DNA from: an uncultured bacterium
GTDB lineage: Bacteria > Chloroflexota > UBA5177 > JANWHV01
Assembly: GCA_963827235.1 (NCBI GenBank)
Contig: CAWHAE010000012.1
Coordinates: forward strand, 480,001 to 544,000
Direction: 5' to 3'
DNA length: 64,000 nt
Below the pieces are notes generated by a model. That model was not told the origin of the DNA and made no database searches. It saw only the letters and a list, made by a program, of their open reading frames with translations. Shown in pieces: positions 58,292 to 64,000 of the stretch. The position numbers were made by a program, and so were the translations under genes. Numbering within the stretch: the first letter of the stretch is position 1; every line of letters starts with the position of its first letter.

Positions 58292-60979
58292 TTACATGTC
58301 ACGAGGGCGCGGGACCGTGAAGTGATACAGGCCCGAGCCAATGGTCAGCACCACGCGTCCTTCCTCGATCTCTTCGCGCATGAGACCGGCTGCTTCGGCC
58401 GCCGGGGTATCGCTTTCGCGCACTGCATTTAAGCCTGGCGCCGGCAGGTACACCCTCGCCGTAGTGTTTACCGGGACTTCTACATCGACGTGGAAGTCCC
58501 GTTCAGTTAGCCGCCACGAACAGCGGATGCGACCGTAAAGCGATCGATGTTCTGCCTCCACCCAGGTGAGATCGCCGAGCAGATGGGGTCGAATGCTGAA
58601 GCGCTGGAATCCCGGCTTTGCCGGTTCCGGGTTGACACCGGCGAGTACCTTGAATAGCCAGGCGCTGATATCGCCGAACATGATGTGGTTCAGCGAATTG
58701 CGGCCCTCCCAGTCTTCCCAGAGCGTGGTCGCTCCCTGCGCGATCCAATGCCCCCAGCTTGGGTACGTCGTCTGCGTGGCGAGGGCGAAGGCGACATCGG
58801 CACGGCCGTGCTCGCCGAGCACGTTCAACACGTATTTCGTGCCCAGAATGCCGCAATCCAGGTGGCAGTCATGCAGCGCGATCGCCCTGAGTAGGGCACC
58901 GACGACTCTGGCCTGCTCAGCAGGCTCAGCGAGCCCCTGAAATAGCGCGCAACCCTGTGATGTCTGATCGCCGCCGGCATAGCACCCCTGTTCGCGGTCA
59001 TAGAACGTCGCGTTGAAGGCGGATTTCACGTCCTCCGCCAGGTCCGTGTACCGCCGGGCATCGTCTTCTTTGCCCACCAGGCCGGCAATCCGTGCGATCA
59101 GCCGGCAGTTCGCGTAGTAGTAACTGGTCGAGGTCAGAGCTACCGGGGAGTCGTGCCCATCCGCCTTCCTTCCCGGCGGGCACCAGTCACCCAGGCCGAA
59201 AGAGACAATGTGGTCTGTGGCCATGCCGGTCAAGTAGTCCACATAGCGTCGCATCCGGTCGTAGTGGGTCTCCAGTACGCGCCGGTCGCCGCTGTAGAGA
59301 TACAGATACCAGGGAATGTGCGTGTAAGCGCTGTCCCACGCCGGCCCACTGGCCCAGTTGAAGCCCCAACCCCCGGTGGGCACGATGCCGGGCAGCTGCC
59401 CGCTGGCACGCTGGACATCGGCGAAATCCGCCAACCATTTCGCGTAGGCGGTCTGCGGCGCGAAGTTCAGCAGGCCCGTCTCCGCGGCCAGCTGCGCATC
59501 GCCGGTCCAGCCATTCTTCTCGCGATGCGGGCAATCGGTGGGAATGCCCACGAAGTTGCTCAGGTACGACCAGCGCGTGCATGCCTGGATGGCGTTGAGC
59601 AAGGGGTTCGAGCATCGGAACTCGCCCGCCGAATCCATGGCCGTGTGCACGACGCGGCCGCGCACGTTCTCAAGGGTTGGAACGCCGGGGAAACCCGTTA
59701 CCTGCACGTAGCGGAAGCCATGGTAGGCGAAACGGGGCTCCCAGACCTCATCTCCCAGACCCTTCAGGGTATATCGGTCCGTCTGGCACTCTCCGCTGGA
59801 GATGAGCGTGTCGATATTCGACTGGTCTACATCGCCGTCGGCCGAGAGCTTCTCGGCATAGCGCAGCGTTACCGTCGTGCCGGCAGCACCACTTGCGGTC
59901 AGCTTCGCCCAGCCGGCGAAGCTCTGGCCCAGGTCGTAGACGAAGACGCCGGGCTCTACCTCCGTGACCGAGACAGGCGCCAGTGTCTGCATCACCTTGC
60001 ACGGCGGCATCTGTTGCGCAGCCAGTATGCCGCCAGGGCCGGGCACCACCCTGGCGGGCAACCAGTCGCTCGCGTCATAGCCGGGAATCAGCCAACCGGG
60101 TTTCTCCAGGCGTGCGTCGTAGATCTCCCCGTTGCGCAGCCCGTCGAGGACGATCGGTCCCGCCGCCGTCTTCCAGGTGATGTCGCTGCCGATCGTTTTC
60201 GTGCTCCCGTCGGCGAAGGTCAGGCAGAGCTGCACGAGGAGCTTGGGCCGGTCGCGCCAGGGGGCCTTTTCGAAGTCCCAGGCACACGCGGTGTGGCAGT
60301 CGTACCAGCCGGTCCCAAGCATCACGCCGGCCGCGTTCTCTCCCGTTCTCACGAGCGAAGTGATGTCGTGGGTGACGTACAGTGCGCGCTTGTCGTACTG
60401 GGTGACCGCAGGATCCAGGACGTGGTCGCCGACCTTGTGACCGTTGAGGTACAGCTCGTAAAACCCCAGCCCACAGATGTAGGCCCGCGCCGACACGACA
60501 GGCTCATTAAGGCTGAATTCCTGGCGGAAAAGTGGGCCGGGACCGGCGGGCGCGCCCTCCGGAATCGGAATCTGGGGTGCGTCAATCCACTGCGCGTGCC
60601 AATCGTGCTCGTCGAGCAGCCCCATCTCCCACCAGCTCACCTCACTGAACGGTCCTTCCCGGCCGTCGCGGTCCCAGGCACGTACCTTCCAGTAGCACTG
60701 TACGCCCGAGTGCAAAGGTGCGCCGGCATAGACGACATGGACCGATTGGTCAGAAACCACGCGGCCGGAGTCCCACAGGTCAGCACTATCCGCCTGCAGG
60801 AGCTCCGGCGTGCTGCCCACCAGAATCTGGTAAGCCGTCTGTCGCTGCCCACGCTCTTCTGCATGCAGCTCCCAGCCGAGGCGCGGAGCGCGCGTATCGA
60901 CACCCAGGGGTCTGATCGCATATTCGCAGCTCAGCAGCGCGGGCCTGAGCGTGGCCGTCCCGCGGGCAGACTCGGTCAT
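58292..60979 (-). CDS. Alpha-L-rhamnosidase, GH78
   Basis: IPTDCPHREKNGWTGD, FAYHGFRY, LGDW, GATTLWEDW, SLNHIMFG. Confidence 0.93.
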   Translation of the reverse strand: MTESARGTATLRPALLSCEYAIRPLGVDTRAPRLGWELHAEERGQRQTAYQILVGSTPELLQADSADLWDSGRVVSDQSVHVVYAGAPLHSGVQCYWKVRAWDRDGREGPFSEVSWWEMGLLDEHDWHAQWIDAPQIPIPEGAPAGPGPLFRQEFSLNEPVVSARAYICGLGFYELYLNGHKVGDHVLDPAVTQYDKRALYVTHDITSLVRTGENAAGVMLGTGWYDCHTACAWDFEKAPWRDRPKLLVQLCLTFADGSTKTIGSDITWKTAAGPIVLDGLRNGEIYDARLEKPGWLIPGYDASDWLPARVVPGPGGILAAQQMPPCKVMQTLAPVSVTEVEPGVFVYDLGQSFAGWAKLTASGAAGTTVTLRYAEKLSADGDVDQSNIDTLISSGECQTDRYTLKGLGDEVWEPRFAYHGFRYVQVTGFPGVPTLENVRGRVVHTAMDSAGEFRCSNPLLNAIQACTRWSYLSNFVGIPTDCPHREKNGWTGDAQLAAETGLLNFAPQTAYAKWLADFADVQRASGQLPGIVPTGGWGFNWASGPAWDSAYTHIPWYLYLYSGDRRVLETHYDRMRRYVDYLTGMATDHIVSFGLGDWCPPGRKADGHDSPVALTSTSYYYANCRLIARIAGLVGKEDDARRYTDLAEDVKSAFNATFYDREQGCYAGGDQTSQGCALFQGLAEPAEQARVVGALLRAIALHDCHLDCGILGTKYVLNVLGEHGRADVAFALATQTTYPSWGHWIAQGATTLWEDWEGRNSLNHIMFGDISAWLFKVLAGVNPEPAKPGFQRFSIRPHLLGDLTWVEAEHRSLYGRIRCSWRLTERDFHVDVEVPVNTTARVYLPAPGLNAVRESDTPAAEAAGLMREEIEEGRVVLTIGSGLYHFTVPRPRDM

Positions 60980-61525
60980 GGTGATCCCCTTCTTTTACGA
61001 GAAGAGTGCGAGCCGATTCCCGGCCCCACCCCTCGCGCGGTAACATCTCGCGTGTCCTGCGATGCAGGATCTCGCTCTCGGTGTCGACTGCCAGACCAGT
61101 GGATCGCTCGAACCTTGCGATGTCTCCCCATGTGTCCGTGGTCGCAGAATAGTACCGCGACACGGCGACTTCGCCCGCATGCATGGGTCGGGCGTCGCCA
61201 TGTGCTCGTCGAGCGCAACCATCTGCACCTCATCTCTTGCCGTATCTTGGAATATACCGCGCCTCGCTCTCTGAACCGTCTCAGCGGATGGATCGCGAGG
61301 CCGACCCTCACGCTGACGCCGAGACCCTCTGCGGAGTCGACGTGATTGGATGTGGAGCGCCGCCCAGCGATGACGGCTAGAACGCCGAGCCGGTTGTTTC
61401 CGCCACGCTTGCTCGGCGGTGTGTAGAGCGCCGGGCCGCGGTTGCCGGACTCGTTGTCACGCGCGGTGCACGACGGCAATCGCAGGTGGGTACTATCTAC
61501 AGGTAGCAGCACGACGGGAGTGGCT

Positions 61526-62443
61526 ATGAACGACGGGCCGCAGGCTCAGCGGGAGGCATTGTACCGATTGTTGGGAGATCTGCCGGCGCGCTCGGGACCG
61601 CCGCGCGCGGTGAAACTCGATGAGACGGCGCAGGCCGACTACGTGGTGGAAACACTGGTGCTCGATCTGAACGGCCTGGAGCCGGTGCCTGCCTACCTGG
61701 CCCGACCGCGCGCAGGCACAGGCACGGGGCGAATGCCGGCCGTGCTGTACAGCCATGCGCATGGGGACGACTACGCACTCGGCAAGCAGGAGTTGCTGCG
61801 CGGTCGCGCCGCCCTGCAACAACCGCCCTACGCTCAAGCGCTGACTCGCCAGGGCTATGTTGCCCTGTGCATCGACGCCTGGGGCTTCGGAGAGCGCTAC
61901 GGCCGGACCGAGTCTGAGATCTTCAAGCAGATGCTGTGGGAGGGCCGGGTCATGTGGGGCATGATGGTCTTCGACAGCTTGCGTGCGCTCGACTATCTCG
62001 GCACCCGCGATGACGTGGACCCTGCCCGCTTAGCCGCACTGGGCATGTCGATGGGCAGCACCATGAGCTGGTGGGTGGCTGCCCTCGACGAACGAGTGCG
62101 AGTGTGCGTGGATCTGTGCTGCCTCACCGACTACCAGGCCCTCATCGAGACGCAGGGGCTGGACGGGCACGGGCTGTACTACTACGTGCCTCGGCTGCTG
62201 CAGCACTTCAGCGCGGCTGCTATCAATGCGCTGATCGCCCCGCGCGCTCACCTGAGCCTGGCCGGCTCATTCGACCGCCTGACTCCGGCAGCAGGGCTAG
62301 ATCGTATTGATGCGCACCTGCGACAGCTCTATGCGGACCTGGGCACTCCCGAGGCCTGGCAGCTGCAGCGTTACCGGGTCGGTCACCTCGAGACTGCGGC
62401 GATGCGCGCGGCGGCGCTTGCCTTTCTTGCCCGGTGGCTGTAG
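61526..62443 (+). CDS. Alpha/beta hydrolase (dienelactone hydrolase/YtaP-like)
   Basis: GMSMG nucleophile elbow, DRLTP, GHLET. Confidence 0.88.
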   Translation: MNDGPQAQREALYRLLGDLPARSGPPRAVKLDETAQADYVVETLVLDLNGLEPVPAYLARPRAGTGTGRMPAVLYSHAHGDDYALGKQELLRGRAALQQPPYAQALTRQGYVALCIDAWGFGERYGRTESEIFKQMLWEGRVMWGMMVFDSLRALDYLGTRDDVDPARLAALGMSMGSTMSWWVAALDERVRVCVDLCCLTDYQALIETQGLDGHGLYYYVPRLLQHFSAAAINALIAPRAHLSLAGSFDRLTPAAGLDRIDAHLRQLYADLGTPEAWQLQRYRVGHLETAAMRAAALAFLARWL

Positions 62444-62456
62444 GAAGGACGGCTGC

Positions 62457-63203
62457 ATGCGCCTGCACGTTCTCGAAACACCGGACGAGCTCGGCCGGGC
62501 TGCTGCCACCGCGGCAGCCGAGCACCTGCGCCGGGCCATCGACGCGCGCGGGATGGCTCGCTGCGTGCTGGCCACGGGAAGCTCCCAGCTCACCTTTCTC
62601 GCCCAACTGGTGCGTGAGCCGGGCATCGCCTGGTCCAAGGTGAGCGTCTTTCATCTCGACGAGTACATCGGCCTCCCTGCCGATCACCCGGCGAGCTTCC
62701 GGCACTACCTGGAGCAGCATCTGGCGCGAGAAGCGCATCCTGGGACCTGCACCTGGATTGACGGCTTGGCCGATCCGCCCGCCGAGTGCCGCAGGGTGGG
62801 CGCCCTGCTGACGGCTGCACCAATCGACCTTGCCTGCGTCGGCATCGGCGAGAACGGACACCTGGCCTTCAATGATCCGCCGGCCGACTTCGAAACCGAG
62901 GAGCCATACCTCGTGGTCGCCCTGGATGAAGCGTGCCGGCGGCAGCAGGTGGGCGAAGGGTGGTTCGCGAGCCTTACCGACGTCCCGGTGAGCGCCATCT
63001 CGATGTCTATTCGCCAGATCTTGAAGGCGCACACGGTGCTCTGCATCGTGCCGGAGCGGCGCAAAGCAATCGCGGTCCGCGACTGTCTGGAGGGAACGAT
63101 CTCCCCGCTCCATCCGGCCTCGAGCTTGCGCCGGCATCAGGACGTCGATATCTATCTCGATCGGTCGAGTGCCTCTCTTCTCACAACGCCAGCGCGCAAA
63201 TAG
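62457..63203 (+). CDS. Glucosamine-6-phosphate deaminase/isomerase family protein
   Basis: LATGSSQ, FHLDEY, GIGENGHLAFNDP, PASSL. Confidence 0.88.
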   Translation: MRLHVLETPDELGRAAATAAAEHLRRAIDARGMARCVLATGSSQLTFLAQLVREPGIAWSKVSVFHLDEYIGLPADHPASFRHYLEQHLAREAHPGTCTWIDGLADPPAECRRVGALLTAAPIDLACVGIGENGHLAFNDPPADFETEEPYLVVALDEACRRQQVGEGWFASLTDVPVSAISMSIRQILKAHTVLCIVPERRKAIAVRDCLEGTISPLHPASSLRRHQDVDIYLDRSSASLLTTPARK

Positions 63204-63221
63204 ATAGGACTGCGAGGTCTC

Positions 63222-64000
63222 ATGCCTGTGCGATTGCGCCGGCCTCGTGTGTGCGCCTGCCTGCTCGCGCTGTCGGTAGCCCTGCTTGCCGTCGCACCGC
63301 GCGGCGCGGTAGCCAGTCGCGAGTCGCTCGGCCCAGGTGCGGCGAGTGCGCCTCAGGCCGTCGGCCCAGGCACCTTGTGGATGATCCAGGTACAACGAGC
63401 AGTGGGAATCACGCACACGTTCTACGGCATCAGCTGTCCGAGTGCCAACTCGTGCTTCGCCGTCGGTGCCGGTGGCGTGATCGTGGCTACCACCAACGGC
63501 GGCGCCGGTTGGCGAGCACAGAACTCTGGCACGACCGCCGACCTGATCGGCATTGATTGTCCTCGCCTAACCACGTGTGTTGCCGTTGGGGCTGCCGGCA
63601 CAATCGACGTCACCACCGATGGCGGGGTGACGGGGTGGCGAAGGCAGCAGGCCGGTACGGGCAAGCTGTTGGTGGGCGTTGCCTGCCAGCAGACGGGCGT
63701 CTGCGTCGTTTCCGGCTACGGCGGCACACTGGTCGCCACGAACGACCTGGGCTCGCACTGGAGGGCGCAGCGGTCCGGCACGACCGCCAATCTCTACCAC
63801 ATCGCCTGTCCGCGGGTCGGCACATGTTTGGTCGCCGGTGACAATGGGACCATCGCATACACCACCGATGGGGGCAGGCACTGGGTGCCGCGGAACGCAG
63901 GAACCACGTCGCCCTTCATCGGTCTGGATTGTCCGCGCGCCCCGACCTGCTTCGCGGTGGGAGGCGCAATCGTTGCGACGAGCGACAGCGGCCGGAGCTG
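63222..64000 (+). CDS. Secreted BNR/Ycf48-like repeat beta-propeller protein (runs off window end)
   Basis: Signal peptide; repeats CPxxxxCxAVGxxGxIxxTxDGGxxW. Open to the window end, so not in the ORF track. Confidence 0.85.
   Translation, partial: MPVRLRRPRVCACLLALSVALLAVAPRGAVASRESLGPGAASAPQAVGPGTLWMIQVQRAVGITHTFYGISCPSANSCFAVGAGGVIVATTNGGAGWRAQNSGTTADLIGIDCPRLTTCVAVGAAGTIDVTTDGGVTGWRRQQAGTGKLLVGVACQQTGVCVVSGYGGTLVATNDLGSHWRAQRSGTTANLYHIACPRVGTCLVAGDNGTIAYTTDGGRHWVPRNAGTTSPFIGLDCPRAPTCFAVGGAIVATSDSGRS

Noticed and set aside
59153-61345. Long antisense ORFs (730 aa here; also 7938..9656, 20313..21974, 30352..32481, 38424..40076)
   Set aside because: Shadows of real genes expected at high GC; no motifs.
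60990-61500. Coding potential between GH78 and the hydrolase
   Set aside because: Several short overlapping ORFs, none with a convincing start or motif.

Overview
GC-rich bacterial chromosomal window; the protein styles (NarL regulator, IS remnants, Thr/Pro-rich secreted proteins) suggest Chloroflexota, which is an inference. No rRNA, tRNA or CRISPR array was seen. Contents: two paralogous chemoreceptor (MCP) genes, each with a sigma28-type promoter and the same 24-nt 5'-UTR hairpin; two paralogous orphan PAS histidine kinases; housekeeping and catabolic genes (aldolase, MFS, Usp, class A PBP, ABC exporter, DEAD-box helicase, Ser/Thr kinase, hcp, GH78, NagB-like); and a decayed mobile/pseudogene patch at about 13.5-17.2 kb. 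The best candidate for an undescribed system lies at about 28-51 kb and looks like a c-di-GMP-controlled surface-glycan locus. It has an MshEN-domain processive GT2 coupled to a GT-C-like membrane protein, a second GT-C-like gene upstream of a 1790-aa Thr-rich repeat protein, a c-di-GMP-I riboswitch driving a secreted putative glycoside hydrolase, a hexapeptide acyltransferase and a GT4. All calls are by eye from motifs; no database searches were run.
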